Shown here piece after piece: positions 19,434 through 30,304 of a stretch of DNA of 64,000 nt. Both the position numbers and the translations under genes were made by a program. Origin of the DNA: a virus. Every line of letters starts with the position of its first letter. The stretch's first letter is position 1. The DNA lies in the IMG/VR virus record IMGVR_UViG_3300045581_000900, positions 1-64,000 of that record; one strand, given 5' to 3'. A model generated the notes under the pieces. It worked only from the letters and a program-made list of their open reading frames with translations, did no database searches and was not told the DNA's origin.

Positions 19434-20364
19434 TTCGCCCTCGCAGTTCTTCGGTGCGGTAGATTAACGCTAACACCATACCGGAGAGTCTGTATGCAGG
19501 CAACGGATGATCGAACCACAGGTTCTTGAACGTGAGATACGGTTCCTTGTCTTCGACGCCGAAAATTTCGAGGTACACAGGTTCGCCAAGCATTTCCATC
19601 GACGGCATAACAGTTGTGATCACTGGGGCCGGGTTAACTTTAGTTTCAACCAGCCACTGAGCCACAAGTCCTTCTTGTCCAGCGGCAAGTGCCATTCTTT
19701 CGTTCGACAGCCGGGCCGCAGATGCCGTGTCATATGCTTCAACAACAATAAAATCGTTTATTTCCGTAAGCAGAGCACTGTATTCCGTTTGGTAGGCACT
19801 TGGGTTTAAACGTAGATTTAGTTCTGTGTCGGGGAGGACGACAATTGGCGGCGAACTTAGGTCGGCCACGGTGACAGTGAAACGCGAGTCTCTTTCTCCC
19901 TGATATCGAACTTCCATCTGCAATGATGTCTCGCCGTTTTCTGTCACGCGGCGAAGGCTGACCGTGTACAAGTTAGATGCCTTGCCTTTAGCGGTTAAAG
20001 CGTACAAATTGCCGGCGACATTCAATCGCCGCGGGCTGCCGTAAATCTGCGTAATAGACACCCGTTTTCCAGCCGGCTCAAAATATGGCCGTCCGACTCG
20101 CGGCCAGTACGTGACGCGGGGATCAAGCCGGTACACATACTCTGCTAATTCTGTCGCGTGAATATACGACAGCAATTCGTTGACGCGGAAGTTCAAAAAA
20201 TAATTGTCTGGATTTGTCCCGAACAAAAGCTGCCGCAGCGTGCTCAGTGTGCTCGGCAGCGTCACTGGCCGGAACGCGGCGGGGACATACTCGTAGCCGT
20301 AATCGCTGTAGTGCATGCGATCGCGGTTTTTATTGAGCAGCAATGTGCGGGCGTGATTGATCAT
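19426..20364 (-). CDS. Hypothetical tail/baseplate protein
   Basis: 312 aa; overlaps the downstream start. Confidence 0.6.
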   Translation of the reverse strand: MINHARTLLLNKNRDRMHYSDYGYEYVPAAFRPVTLPSTLSTLRQLLFGTNPDNYFLNFRVNELLSYIHATELAEYVYRLDPRVTYWPRVGRPYFEPAGKRVSITQIYGSPRRLNVAGNLYALTAKGKASNLYTVSLRRVTENGETSLQMEVRYQGERDSRFTVTVADLSSPPIVVLPDTELNLRLNPSAYQTEYSALLTEINDFIVVEAYDTASAARLSNERMALAAGQEGLVAQWLVETKVNPAPVITTVMPSMEMLGEPVYLEIFGVEDKEPYLTFKNLWFDHPLPAYRLSGMVLALIYRTEELRGRNV

Positions 20365-20367
20365 GGC

Positions 20368-20850
20368 TTATTCTTTTTTAGGCAGCACTTCCATTCGCAG
20401 CGTCCAATAACCGACAGGGCCTGTGTCGCTCTGATTCAAATCTATTTTTACGCCGGTCAAAAATCCGTGCAGTTCGATTGCTTTACCGGTCGGCGTCAGC
20501 AACACAACGTCTAATGATTTGCCGCCCCGAGCCGCTGTTTTGTTTTTGTTGTAGTAGTCGTAAATCGCAAATATGTTTGCCCCTTCTTTGGCTCCGTCGC
20601 ACGTTTTAAGAAAACCGACTCCGGTAATAGTTAACAAACCGACGCGGTCGCCAAAGGCGTAAAAATAGACAAAGTCGTTTACTGTGTGCAAAAATTGGTA
20701 GTTGCCTGACAACTCTAGCGTGACACCGGTAACAACAAATTCGTTTGTGAACAGTTGATAGTCGAGAGCCACCACTAAAAAATCGTTTTGAGAGCACTCT
20801 TTTCGAGAGACCTCAACCGCACCGGTACATGGCGTGAAAACCATCGGCAT
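20368..20850 (-). CDS. Putative tail tube initiator (tube-fold)
   Basis: 160 aa right after the tape measure gene; YFYAFGDRVG resembles the tube's YYVGDRRRG. Confidence 0.5.
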   Translation of the reverse strand: MPMVFTPCTGAVEVSRKECSQNDFLVVALDYQLFTNEFVVTGVTLELSGNYQFLHTVNDFVYFYAFGDRVGLLTITGVGFLKTCDGAKEGANIFAIYDYYNKNKTAARGGKSLDVVLLTPTGKAIELHGFLTGVKIDLNQSDTGPVGYWTLRMEVLPKKE

Positions 20851-20858
20851 ACGTCACC

Positions 20859-23800
20859 TCATGTCACTCGTTGCCCACTGGGCAGCCCGCCGCGGCCCAT
20901 GTGGCCGGTGCCGACAACTGGCACGCCGCCGCCCGGCGTAGCCACAGCTTTCTGGGCGGTTGCGTCGAGGATTGCCTCGTGCAGGCCCTCTAGCCGCAGC
21001 GAGCCGTTTAGCGTAATCGAACCGCCGTCTCCGCCGCCTTGCGACGCCGCCTGCCCGGTGTATTCTCCTCCGCGGGCGGAATGCTGCTCTGGGCTGTAAG
21101 AGACTGGTTGAATGTTTGCTGAGCCTAGGCTGCCGGCAAATGATTGCTGCACGTCGGCTGTTCTTTCTGGCGGCAGTCCGGCTGAAATTTTTTGTTCGAT
21201 TTCGGCTGCAACAAAACTTTGTTGCAGTCTGTTGCCGCTGGTAGCAGCGTAATCTTGCATCAAATCGTTAATGTCTGAGCGACCCCGCAGATGCGGCGGC
21301 ACGGCACCCGAATACGAACTCTTGCCTTTTCCGCTCATGTTGTGGCTAACGCCTGCGTCATCTCCCGGCGTGAGCACGCTGCGGTTTTTTGTGTTTAGAT
21401 GGTTGTCGCGTGTGTATTGCCCTTCGTCGGCAACTGGTTTTTCTCCGGGTTCGAGTCCGGCTTTTTGCTGGATTTCCGCGTCGTTCTTGGCGGCAATATC
21501 GGCTTTTTCTGCTTCTTTAATTGCAATTTCTTTTTTACGTGCGTCCATCTTTGCCAATTCGTAAGCCCGCGACTTAGGCGATAACGCGTCGCCGTGCCTG
21601 TCCACGCCCGCTTGAAAGTCGGCTAAATGTTTACGGAACGCTTTCGGGTCGAGCGGCGTGCCGCCGACACTGATATGCCCGTGATCGTTAGAAACCTTTC
21701 CGCTAGAATCTATGCCCGCATCTTCAGCCATCCGACGGGCAACGACGTTTTCTTGCAGCAACTCGTCCAATCCTTGTAGTTGTTCTCTCTCTTCTACGCC
21801 TGTTTTTGGGTCGTCTATCTGTTTACGAATCTGTTTACGTTTTTCGTAATAAAGGGCTTCCGCCTGTTCCGCAGGCGATAACGCTGCGTACATGGCCTGT
21901 CGTTTATTTTCTGCCGCTTCGTATTCTTTTTGTGCTAGTTCCTTTTGCGTTGGTTCGGTGCTCGTTGTTGCGGCAATAACCGCCTTTGCTTCTTCTTTTG
22001 AAACGCCGACCGTTTGTACAGCCGCCTCGTCAGTCTGCTGTCGAATATCAGCCGCCGTGGCCGAGTCTTTATCCGCGGTCTTTGTTTCTGGCAGTGGCTT
22101 GTCTGCTGTCTTGCCCGCCGTGCCCGCGGCCGCCGCTGCGGCCTGCTCCGCCCCGGCGTCGCGTTGCTTGATAAGCTCTTCTCGGCGAGCTTTGTCGGCC
22201 TCGGTCATCTGGCTCCAGTTAAGCCCGAAACCAAAGGCACTTTCTTTTTTATTGATCGCCGCGATCTCGGCGTCGATAGCTTCTTTGGTATCCGGCATAG
22301 GAGAGCCGGGCGTTTGAGCGACAGCACCACCGCCTGCCTTGGCTCCGTTGATATAGACGTTCTGTGCCGCGAGTTCGACCTTGTCGGCTTTCTGTTTGTT
22401 TTCGCCCGCCTGTGCTGCTTGCTGGTCTACAACTTTTCCGAGTTGTTGTTTTTCATCCGCACGGCCGACGCCGATAATATCTTCGGCCATTTGTTGTTTG
22501 AGAGATTTTTCATGGGGGCTAAGAGCTTTTCCTGCCTCAAAATCTTCTTTCTTCAGCCCGAGCGTTTCTAATGTTTTTGCGGTGGCCGCGTCGCCGTCGG
22601 CGTTGATTAGTTCCGTGAGCAACGCTTGATTGCCGGCTAACTCACCTGCTTTGCCGCCAGCGTCTTTGTACAGTCGCCCGATCGACCCGATTGCCGCATC
22701 TCGCATCTCTTTATTCGTGCCGTCGTGCTGCGAGCGGATTATGGTGTCGATATCTGATTGCACTTCGGCGTATGACCGCCCCGACGCGTGCGTGCCTTCA
22801 AGAGCATGACCTATAGACCGGGCCGCATTTGTTTTCAGCGTGCCCATTGAAATTGCTTGATTCCCGGTTTCTTTCGTTCGCTCGGTAAGGTATTCCTTGT
22901 CCGCCACCTGAGCGTACTTGCTGCTTTCGGCTAGCACTCTTTTCTGGTCTGCAATCGGAGTGAGGGCAGCTTCTTTTTCTGTGATGCCGAGTGCGTCGGC
23001 GTAAGCGGCAGTAGCAGCCTTTGCGTCCATCGCCGCTATTTTCGCGTCGCGTTCCTTTTTAAGTTTGGCGTCGTCTACGACCTCTACCTTGTCGTTCTCT
23101 TTGTAGCCGGCAAGTTTCTTAAGCTCATCTGTTTTTCCGGCTGCCGCAAGGTCGTCGATAGTTTTGTCTGTAACGGATACCGCATCTCGTCTCGCGTAGA
23201 GCGAGTGCATTCCAGCCCCCATCTCTCCGGCGTAACGCTTTAACAGTTCCTTATCCGCGACGAACGGCGACATTTCTTTAATGAAGTTCCCCGCGTCAAA
23301 TTTTTCACCGCGTTTTCCGATGTCCATAAAGTAGTCAGAAAAGCGACCCACAACCGTAGATTCGCTACCGGCCCCGACGAGCCGTTTTGTGGCATCTGCG
23401 TGAGCCCGTGACCGGGCCATTTCTTCCATGCCGGCTACGTCACCTTGATTGCCGTAAAACATGTTTAAATCGACGAGATTCTTGCCGTACGTTCGCTGGG
23501 CTACGCCGCCAACGTGCCCGATAAGTCGGTCAAGCCCGGCCCCGCTGATGTTGCCCTGCTTGTCCCGCCCAAAAGTTTGGTCGACAATTCGCCCGGCCAT
23601 TGACTGGGCGGTTTTCTCGTCCATGCCCTGTGTTTTTTGCAGGTGCTCCGCGAGTTTTTCGGGCATGTGTTTTTGTAAAAATTCAATTTGGTCTTTAACG
23701 CCCATGTTTGACGAATCGAGCACCATCTCGGAGAACGCGTTACCTACGTCAGCAATACCGGCCTGCCCTAGCTCTTGTCCAAGCTGTGTATTGCTGAGTG

Positions 23801-25895
23801 CGTTCACGGCTGTACCGCCGGCCCCGAACGCCGACAAGTCACGAAGAATTTGATGCTTCTGCGTCATAAAGCCGCCGCCGGCAATGGCAAACTCTTCGGT
23901 CATGGTTCTTGGATCATGAAACGCAGCGTGGAAATCGTTTGCTCCAGCACCAGACTGGGCGATAATTTTTTGAGCCCCCAGCACACCGAACCGACCGATC
24001 TGCTCAAAAAGATTTCGCTCTTCGCCCTTGTATGTGTATTTACCGCCAGACGCCCGATCTTCGTAGCCTTGCGTGACAGCAGCTTCAAGTTCTGTGCCCT
24101 TGAATTTCTCTGGGTCGGCCTGATAGACGCGTCGCATCGCGGCCATGGCTTTTGCATTGTCAGACGCGTCACCTTGTTGCAGTCTCGTGACCGCCTCTTG
24201 CTGGAACTGCTCCCTCGACATGCCGCCCGGTGCGTTGTTGCTAAACGAGCCGCGTTCTGTGGCTGTTTTTGTCAGCCCCATCGACATCGCCACGTTTTGC
24301 ATCGTGATTGACGGGGCGATGCCAAGTTGCTGCCCCATCGCCCCAGCTTGAGCCGATATCGCGGCTAACTGTTGCATTCCCGTGCCCGTGTCGCGGGCCA
24401 TGCTTTGCATTTGTCGCAGCGTTGTCGCCATTTGTGCAGGATTAATACGGCCCATGCCGCCCTGCGTTAAATGGTCGAGAGCCGCCATCAAGGCCGGCAT
24501 CGGGGCGTTCGAATTGCCGTTGTCGCCAAAGATATCACGCACGGCGGCAATCGAGTCGGCGTAATCCTTTATCCGCGACGACACACGACTGGCGTCTACG
24601 TTGCTGGCAAGAGCTTCTCCGCCCACCATTTGCATAACGTCTTCTGCCGATTTTGCCCCGACGCCGCCCCGTGCTGTTCTTTCAGCTTCTGCCCTCGTGG
24701 CGTTTATTTGCTCTTTAGTCCCACCTTGTTTGTTCGCTAATGCCTCAATTTCTTGTTTCTGCTCTGTCGCCGTCATATCCGTGAATTTTTTACCGGCGGC
24801 GTTGGTTTCATTTTTCTCGGTAAGCTGCCGGCGGGCCATCGTTTCGGCCAGCCGCTGCAGCGTGGCATCATCAAGCTTGGTCTCCGCAATGGCAGAAACC
24901 TTGCCCTTGGCATCGAGATTGCCGACCGTTTGCGGCAGAACGCCCCGCTGGAACAAATTCTCCATAAGCTGACCAGCTTGTCCCGCTGTCAGCCCACGCA
25001 TCTCGGCTGTCGGTTGTTTGAACGCCGCGGTCTCTAGTTGACCGATTGTGGCTTCTTCGTCCAGCAGCACCCGCGACTCTTTAATCGCTCGGTCAAACTT
25101 TGTTAACTCTTTCGCTTGCGTTGCTGTGTCGGTAGCGGTGCCGCCTTGTACGTATTTTTTATACAGAGCGTCGACGCGTGGGGCCCCGGCGTCCTCTAAA
25201 CGTTTTTGCACGGCTGCGTCGCTAACGACGTTGACGTGTTCCATGTTAGCCGCTTTTTGCAGCCGCTGCGTGGCCGCAAGTCCGGCGTCGCCGCCGGCTC
25301 GGGCTGTCGCGGCAAGTTTTTCTGTGTCGCCCTGCGGCTCATATAAATGCGAAAACACGCCCGTAGTGAGGTCTTCAAGCGAGTTAGCGTCCATCCGGTT
25401 ATTGCCGCTCGGGTCTTTTTGAAAGTAACCCAAGCGGTTAACGGTATTGCCGAGACTCTGCACGTCGCCGCGGGAGCCGTGCAGCATCATCTCGACGTTT
25501 TCCGCACCCATCATCATGCCCGCAAACGTCTTGGTCATCGGGTTGTTAAGTACCTGAGCCATTTGCATGGCCTGCTCCCGATTCATGTCTGTCGCGGCTG
25601 AGCCAGTAAACATGCTCCGAATGCCCAGCAGCCGGTTGGCTACATCTTGATTCTGCGGCCCTGCCTGTGCCAGATTCAGCGACGCATTTCTGGTCTGGTT
25701 CTGATAGTTCCTCATGGCGAATTGGTCCATGAGGGCCTGACCGGGCATCATGTGGGGCACAAAGTTCCCGGGGCCGGCCATGCTGCCAAGCAGGGGGCCA
25801 GCGAACATGGTTACCAGTTGGGACAGTTCGGCGTTGTTATTAAACGCTATTTGTCCGGGTGAATACGGAGTTGGGTACAGTAATGGATCAGGCAT
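20859..25895 (-). CDS. Tape measure protein
   Basis: 1678 aa, Ala/Gly/Gln/Met-rich and helical; follows the frameshifted chaperone pair. Confidence 0.8.
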   Translation of the reverse strand: MPDPLLYPTPYSPGQIAFNNNAELSQLVTMFAGPLLGSMAGPGNFVPHMMPGQALMDQFAMRNYQNQTRNASLNLAQAGPQNQDVANRLLGIRSMFTGSAATDMNREQAMQMAQVLNNPMTKTFAGMMMGAENVEMMLHGSRGDVQSLGNTVNRLGYFQKDPSGNNRMDANSLEDLTTGVFSHLYEPQGDTEKLAATARAGGDAGLAATQRLQKAANMEHVNVVSDAAVQKRLEDAGAPRVDALYKKYVQGGTATDTATQAKELTKFDRAIKESRVLLDEEATIGQLETAAFKQPTAEMRGLTAGQAGQLMENLFQRGVLPQTVGNLDAKGKVSAIAETKLDDATLQRLAETMARRQLTEKNETNAAGKKFTDMTATEQKQEIEALANKQGGTKEQINATRAEAERTARGGVGAKSAEDVMQMVGGEALASNVDASRVSSRIKDYADSIAAVRDIFGDNGNSNAPMPALMAALDHLTQGGMGRINPAQMATTLRQMQSMARDTGTGMQQLAAISAQAGAMGQQLGIAPSITMQNVAMSMGLTKTATERGSFSNNAPGGMSREQFQQEAVTRLQQGDASDNAKAMAAMRRVYQADPEKFKGTELEAAVTQGYEDRASGGKYTYKGEERNLFEQIGRFGVLGAQKIIAQSGAGANDFHAAFHDPRTMTEEFAIAGGGFMTQKHQILRDLSAFGAGGTAVNALSNTQLGQELGQAGIADVGNAFSEMVLDSSNMGVKDQIEFLQKHMPEKLAEHLQKTQGMDEKTAQSMAGRIVDQTFGRDKQGNISGAGLDRLIGHVGGVAQRTYGKNLVDLNMFYGNQGDVAGMEEMARSRAHADATKRLVGAGSESTVVGRFSDYFMDIGKRGEKFDAGNFIKEMSPFVADKELLKRYAGEMGAGMHSLYARRDAVSVTDKTIDDLAAAGKTDELKKLAGYKENDKVEVVDDAKLKKERDAKIAAMDAKAATAAYADALGITEKEAALTPIADQKRVLAESSKYAQVADKEYLTERTKETGNQAISMGTLKTNAARSIGHALEGTHASGRSYAEVQSDIDTIIRSQHDGTNKEMRDAAIGSIGRLYKDAGGKAGELAGNQALLTELINADGDAATAKTLETLGLKKEDFEAGKALSPHEKSLKQQMAEDIIGVGRADEKQQLGKVVDQQAAQAGENKQKADKVELAAQNVYINGAKAGGGAVAQTPGSPMPDTKEAIDAEIAAINKKESAFGFGLNWSQMTEADKARREELIKQRDAGAEQAAAAAAGTAGKTADKPLPETKTADKDSATAADIRQQTDEAAVQTVGVSKEEAKAVIAATTSTEPTQKELAQKEYEAAENKRQAMYAALSPAEQAEALYYEKRKQIRKQIDDPKTGVEEREQLQGLDELLQENVVARRMAEDAGIDSSGKVSNDHGHISVGGTPLDPKAFRKHLADFQAGVDRHGDALSPKSRAYELAKMDARKKEIAIKEAEKADIAAKNDAEIQQKAGLEPGEKPVADEGQYTRDNHLNTKNRSVLTPGDDAGVSHNMSGKGKSSYSGAVPPHLRGRSDINDLMQDYAATSGNRLQQSFVAAEIEQKISAGLPPERTADVQQSFAGSLGSANIQPVSYSPEQHSARGGEYTGQAASQGGGDGGSITLNGSLRLEGLHEAILDATAQKAVATPGGGVPVVGTGHMGRGGLPSGQRVT

Positions 25896-25900
25896 GTTAA

Positions 25901-26311
25901 TTACTGTCCCCCCTCTTTGTTAGCCCGCCAGACTTTATATTTTTCGATCATCTTGCGGCTTTCAGCGTCTATTTTACTGTTTTTGTCTTGCTTTTCGATC
26001 TCTTTCTCTTCTTCGGTTTTTTCTTTAACATTCCACGGGAAAATAAGCCCCTGTAATTCCTGCAGCGTCTCGCCGGCGTCTTTTTTGACGCTGGCAAAAC
26101 TTTCCTCGGTCAGCGAGCCGTGGGCCAGATAGGCACACCAATGGCGGTGCCTATGTTCCAGCACGTGCTGGTCTTCCCGCCGCTGAAGTTCCAGCAGCAG
26201 GAGCCGGTGCTTAATCCGCCACTTATTATCCGTGGGATCGGCTCGGGAGTAGTCAACTGCCCCCGATACTGCAGCCCGCACCATGTAGGCTGCTATTCGA
26301 TCCCGTTCCAA
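25901..26311 (-). CDS. Tail assembly chaperone, -1 frame extension (gpT-like)
   Basis: Overlaps the end of the upstream gene in the -1 frame, beginning exactly at a slippery heptamer. Confidence 0.75.
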   Translation of the reverse strand: MERDRIAAYMVRAAVSGAVDYSRADPTDNKWRIKHRLLLLELQRREDQHVLEHRHRHWCAYLAHGSLTEESFASVKKDAGETLQELQGLIFPWNVKEKTEEEKEIEKQDKNSKIDAESRKMIEKYKVWRANKEGGQ

Positions 26312-27294
26312 AAATTTGGCTCAAGAGCCATGGCTTCGAGAGCTTCGACCAGCCGCTGGAATTGTCGGAGGTGCGTCCCGACAAGCCGGCGAGTCGCCTC
26401 TTGAGCCATGTTTTTGTTGATTAATTCCAGTTGCTTCGGCAGCGGGGTGGCCAGCGGCTCGTCCTTGTTCGGCTCAAATGCCATCTCCTCCAACAGCGGG
26501 ATGATCATGAGAACCTTGCCGGATTTGTCGGCTACAGACTCAAGCGAGCACGCCAGCCGGTAGTCCATCATCTGAACGAACCACTCGGCCTCGGTTGCGA
26601 CCTTGTTATTCTGCTGGTCGAGTACAAGCTGACGATAAATCAGTTTGTTCTCTTCGGCCAGCAGGCTGCGGAATGTCACCACGATCCGCCCGCCAAAGAG
26701 TTCGTACTTCTTCTTGAACCGGACGCCCCCGAGCAGGGTCGCAAGGAAGTCTTCCTTCTCGCGATCAGTCGGCACGACATCAAACTTCTGCCGCATGTCC
26801 CAGCCGCATCGTGGGCAGAACACGACCAACGCCGGGTCGACCGTCTCTTTCGGCTTTTCTTCGGTCGGTTCTTTTGCAGGCTCAGAAGCCGGCTTTTCTT
26901 CGACGGCCGCTGGTTCAGTGGCTACTGGTTCGGTTGTTTCGCCGTTCTCGTCGCGGTCGTCAACGATCATTGGCTCGGATTCAAGCTGTTTGTATACCTC
27001 GGCGACGTCCGGGGCCATGTTCTTCGTCTGCTCTTCGAGTTCTTCGGCCCGCTTCTTCTTGCGACCAAGGTCTCGGGCTTCACGGAGCATGTCTTTGATT
27101 TGCTTGATCTGTTCTTCGCTCATGACATCTTGGTCAATCAGGACGTCGGAGCGTTTCGAGATCGGCAGCGTCTCTTTCATCTTGATCATCAACTGGCCAA
27201 GGTCTGCAGGGATGGCGTCGCCCTCCTTCCACCCGAACTGCCCGAGCGTGGCTTTTGTGAAATCCGAGACGTAGACGTTTTCAACCAGTTCCAT
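26293..27294 (-). CDS. Tail assembly chaperone (gpG-like) with CPRCG motif
   Basis: 333 aa, upstream of the tape measure gene; slippery site 6 codons before the stop. Confidence 0.7.
   Translation of the reverse strand: MELVENVYVSDFTKATLGQFGWKEGDAIPADLGQLMIKMKETLPISKRSDVLIDQDVMSEEQIKQIKDMLREARDLGRKKKRAEELEEQTKNMAPDVAEVYKQLESEPMIVDDRDENGETTEPVATEPAAVEEKPASEPAKEPTEEKPKETVDPALVVFCPRCGWDMRQKFDVVPTDREKEDFLATLLGGVRFKKKYELFGGRIVVTFRSLLAEENKLIYRQLVLDQQNNKVATEAEWFVQMMDYRLACSLESVADKSGKVLMIIPLLEEMAFEPNKDEPLATPLPKQLELINKNMAQEATRRLVGTHLRQFQRLVEALEAMALEPNFWNGIE
26311..26317 (-). other. Programmed -1 ribosomal frameshift site A-AAT-TTT
   Basis: Zero frame reads CCA AAT TTT TGG (X XXY YYZ); -1 slip gives AAA TTT TTG GAA CGG, in frame with 25901..26311. 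Confidence 0.8.
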
Positions 27295-27306
27295 GTTTTA
27301 ACCTCA

Positions 27307-30222
27307 CTAAGTCTTAGGGCGGGGTGTGATGATGTAGTTTCCGTTAATAATCTTGTCCTGCGGCGACTTGAACTCGGGGTTGCGGTACGGCCCGGCAAGA
27401 CCCGGAGCTTTGCCGCGTTCAAGATCAATAAATCCACCTTTTTGAAATTGCACGATCTTGAAATCTTGTTCTTTGTACGCCGGTTGGTCTTGTAACCACT
27501 TCTTGCCGGGGAACGGATATGTGGGCACGCCGCAGGCTTCTGCTTTGACGGGCTTCTCAGTCCATTTGTCGGGTATCTCGCCGCCGATGCGGGCCATCTG
27601 CTGCCAGCGGTCTTCGTACAGCAGAAAGTCAGGGATGTTGTAATCCTCGTCTTTGCGGAACGAGAACTCCATAATCGTCATCACGCGGTTGTTGCCGGCC
27701 CGCTTATCTATGTACCAGATTTGCTTGATCTGAGCGTCGTGGACCGCGTCTCCGATCTTGGGTATGGTTGTGTTAATAAGCTCTGCGATAAGGTCGATTG
27801 CGGCGTTTACTTGACCTTGGCAGTCGCCGTCGCACGGAGCCACAAAGATAAGCCCGCGGGCAGCAACTTCGGTAAATATGTGCCCCTTGGTCAGCAGGCA
27901 GCTTCCGCGAGCCAGAATGTTGCCGTCCATAATCAGGTCGGCGTCTGTGCCGATGGGGCCGCAGAGCAGCGTAAAATTCTTTGAGAACATGTTGGCTTTA
28001 TTGGTCGACCAGCCCTCGCCGCCGGAACCAAAAAAGTGGAAAGCCGCGTTCTTAATGAAGTGATACAGCATTCTTGACTTGGTCAGGATATCGCGGCGAG
28101 CCTGTGCGGCGTCGATGGTGATGTCGCCGTCCTGAATCTTTCCGCCGCCGGTTCGCAGATAGATGTTCTTCGCCAGCCCGACGACGTTGGAGTACGGGGC
28201 TCGGGCAACCACGCCGGCAAACCTAATCTTTTCGCCGCACTCCTCAAAGTCGTATTCAATGGTCTTGCCGCGGCTTTCCAGCAGAATGCCGCCCTCGCGG
28301 TCGGATGTGTCGTTTCCGGCGAGCACGAGCACGTTGCGTTCGGCCTTGATACGAACGTTCTTTTCAGTCGCCGAGATATCAACAGTATTGTTAGCTCGGA
28401 CAATAAAGTCGCTGCCCGCCCACGCCTGCACGTCACGGCCGCCCTTGAGCCATACGTCGCCCGGAGCCGAGATAAACACACAACCGCCGGTCATACGAAT
28501 CTCGCCGCCGTATCCGTCGCCGATGCAGATGCCACCGTCTTCGAGCAGCGAGATATAGCTCTCAGACTCGTAGAACTTCTGCGGCTTCTTGTCGTACCTG
28601 TGGTCGATCTTGAAGATTTTGGGCTCTTCTTCTTTCAGGTACATCTTCGACGACATCAACTGCGGGAACTTGGGAATCTTCTGGTTGACGTCGGCGTACT
28701 TGAGTTCCTGCTGCTCCCACGTCTTGTAGTCTTTGGCGTGCCAGTAGAAGGCGTGCAGGCCGGAATAGTTGTATAAGTACCCGTGCATGTCGAGCACGGC
28801 CGTGGCCCGCTGCAGGTTGGGATACTGCTCGTCGGTCGTGATAATCGTGCCGGTGATCTCGTGATCCGGCCCGCTGCCGTACTTACTGGCGGCCTTATAA
28901 TTCTTCTCAGCCTCGTCGCCGTTCTGGTAGTCTTCGGGCCGCTTTTCCCGCTGTGGGAACGGGAGCAGAACACGCTTTGCGATGTGCACGCCCTTTGCGG
29001 ACGCCATGAAGATGCGACCGTCGAGAGCTTTGTTTATTTCGTTTAAACCGTAGACCGGCTGCGGATCGTGGTCTTTGTCTTTGTCCGGGCCGCCTTTGCA
29101 GTTGTCCTTGGCCCCCTTTGATGACTCGATTTGAGAGTCATATGGCGTCGGGCCCTTTCCGCCGGGTTGGCCCTTGTACGTCCAGCGATCCTTGCCGGGC
29201 GGCGGGGCGTGAACAATAGCCCGGTGCCCCTGCCCAAGATAACCCTGAAACACTTGTGTGCGATGATACGGCTGAGCAAACTCGTGCTTGTTTTCCCAGT
29301 GCGAATAAAACGGCTTTTCTTTAAAACAGTGATAGCAGCCCGGCTCGTATTCCTCAATAATCGGCGGGCCGGGGATAAGCACGCCCATACCTTCCCACGG
29401 ATACGGCGTGTACCCCTGCGAGTCGTTGCACTCCGCCTGATCCATGTACGAGTCACGCTCGCTGCCGGCCGTCCAGACCTGCATGTTGTAACCGGCGACG
29501 CGGAGCATGTTGTCGTGATAGAACCCGAACACGCCTGTGAACTCATTAATGGCTGTCTGGAACATGAAATCGTCCAGAGAGACCCGAGCACCCGTGGACG
29601 TGATCGCACCCCATTCGCCGCCCAGCGTGGCGTCATACGGCCGCCAGTTGCTGTAATCGGCCATGCCCGAGCTTTTCTCTTGCTTAATGTGCTTCTTGTG
29701 GGCGTCATCCACCCGATTCCGGGACGCCTGCGAGATATAGTCTTGAAACGCACGTTTGCCGCACTCCAGCGTGTGCGGGATCGCCCCGACGATAAAGGCT
29801 TTGTTGTCTTTATCCTGCACCATCACAATGACGCGGGTGCCGGGGACGTACGTGTTAAGCTCGGTGGAGCCGAAGGCCGACGAACTGCCGTGTGTCACTG
29901 CCGTGGCCAGTACGGGGTTGTGCCCGTGATCTGGGTGCACGATATACATGTTGGCAATCGCCGTGCCGTCTTGAATGATGCCGGTGAGCATCCGGCCGGT
30001 ATCCATGAAACCCGTTTTAAAGCCAACCTGATTGCTGTACGGGTCAGCGGCCGGATGAAGATGGGCACCGTATGCTGCTGTGGTGCCACGCCCGGCAAAT
30101 TGCGTATAGTTCTGCAGCCGACGAGTCGCGAGCGTCGGGTCGTTAAAGTACTGGTTGGAAGTAGACGGGGTCGTACCGACCGACCTACTCGGCTGCTTAT
30201 CTGCACTCATATTGTCCACCAA
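27307..30222 (-). CDS. Putative central spike/hub protein (gp5/VgrG-like)
   Basis: 971 aa; N-terminal OB-fold-like segment (YVPGTRVIVMV...FIVGAIP) and later beta-strand repeats (SYISLLEDGGICIGDGYGGEIRMTGG...). Confidence 0.5.
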   Translation of the reverse strand: MVDNMSADKQPSRSVGTTPSTSNQYFNDPTLATRRLQNYTQFAGRGTTAAYGAHLHPAADPYSNQVGFKTGFMDTGRMLTGIIQDGTAIANMYIVHPDHGHNPVLATAVTHGSSSAFGSTELNTYVPGTRVIVMVQDKDNKAFIVGAIPHTLECGKRAFQDYISQASRNRVDDAHKKHIKQEKSSGMADYSNWRPYDATLGGEWGAITSTGARVSLDDFMFQTAINEFTGVFGFYHDNMLRVAGYNMQVWTAGSERDSYMDQAECNDSQGYTPYPWEGMGVLIPGPPIIEEYEPGCYHCFKEKPFYSHWENKHEFAQPYHRTQVFQGYLGQGHRAIVHAPPPGKDRWTYKGQPGGKGPTPYDSQIESSKGAKDNCKGGPDKDKDHDPQPVYGLNEINKALDGRIFMASAKGVHIAKRVLLPFPQREKRPEDYQNGDEAEKNYKAASKYGSGPDHEITGTIITTDEQYPNLQRATAVLDMHGYLYNYSGLHAFYWHAKDYKTWEQQELKYADVNQKIPKFPQLMSSKMYLKEEEPKIFKIDHRYDKKPQKFYESESYISLLEDGGICIGDGYGGEIRMTGGCVFISAPGDVWLKGGRDVQAWAGSDFIVRANNTVDISATEKNVRIKAERNVLVLAGNDTSDREGGILLESRGKTIEYDFEECGEKIRFAGVVARAPYSNVVGLAKNIYLRTGGGKIQDGDITIDAAQARRDILTKSRMLYHFIKNAAFHFFGSGGEGWSTNKANMFSKNFTLLCGPIGTDADLIMDGNILARGSCLLTKGHIFTEVAARGLIFVAPCDGDCQGQVNAAIDLIAELINTTIPKIGDAVHDAQIKQIWYIDKRAGNNRVMTIMEFSFRKDEDYNIPDFLLYEDRWQQMARIGGEIPDKWTEKPVKAEACGVPTYPFPGKKWLQDQPAYKEQDFKIVQFQKGGFIDLERGKAPGLAGPYRNPEFKSPQDKIINGNYIITPRPKT

Positions 30223-30271
30223 ATGGTGTTTTTACGGGCGTAAAGCCCCGGGCCATAGGCCCATATACCTT

Positions 30272-30304
30272 AAACGGCGGCTGCGGAAACCGCAACCGCC
30301 GTTT
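30272..30304 (-). terminator. Hairpin / probable intrinsic terminator after the tube gene
   Basis: AAACGGCGGTTGCGG-TTT-CCGCAGCCGCCGTTT; short U tract. Confidence 0.6.

Noticed and set aside
30263-30290. Fourth copy of the island promoter (GGTATAT present)
   Set aside because: No CTAAATA box at the 14 nt spacing
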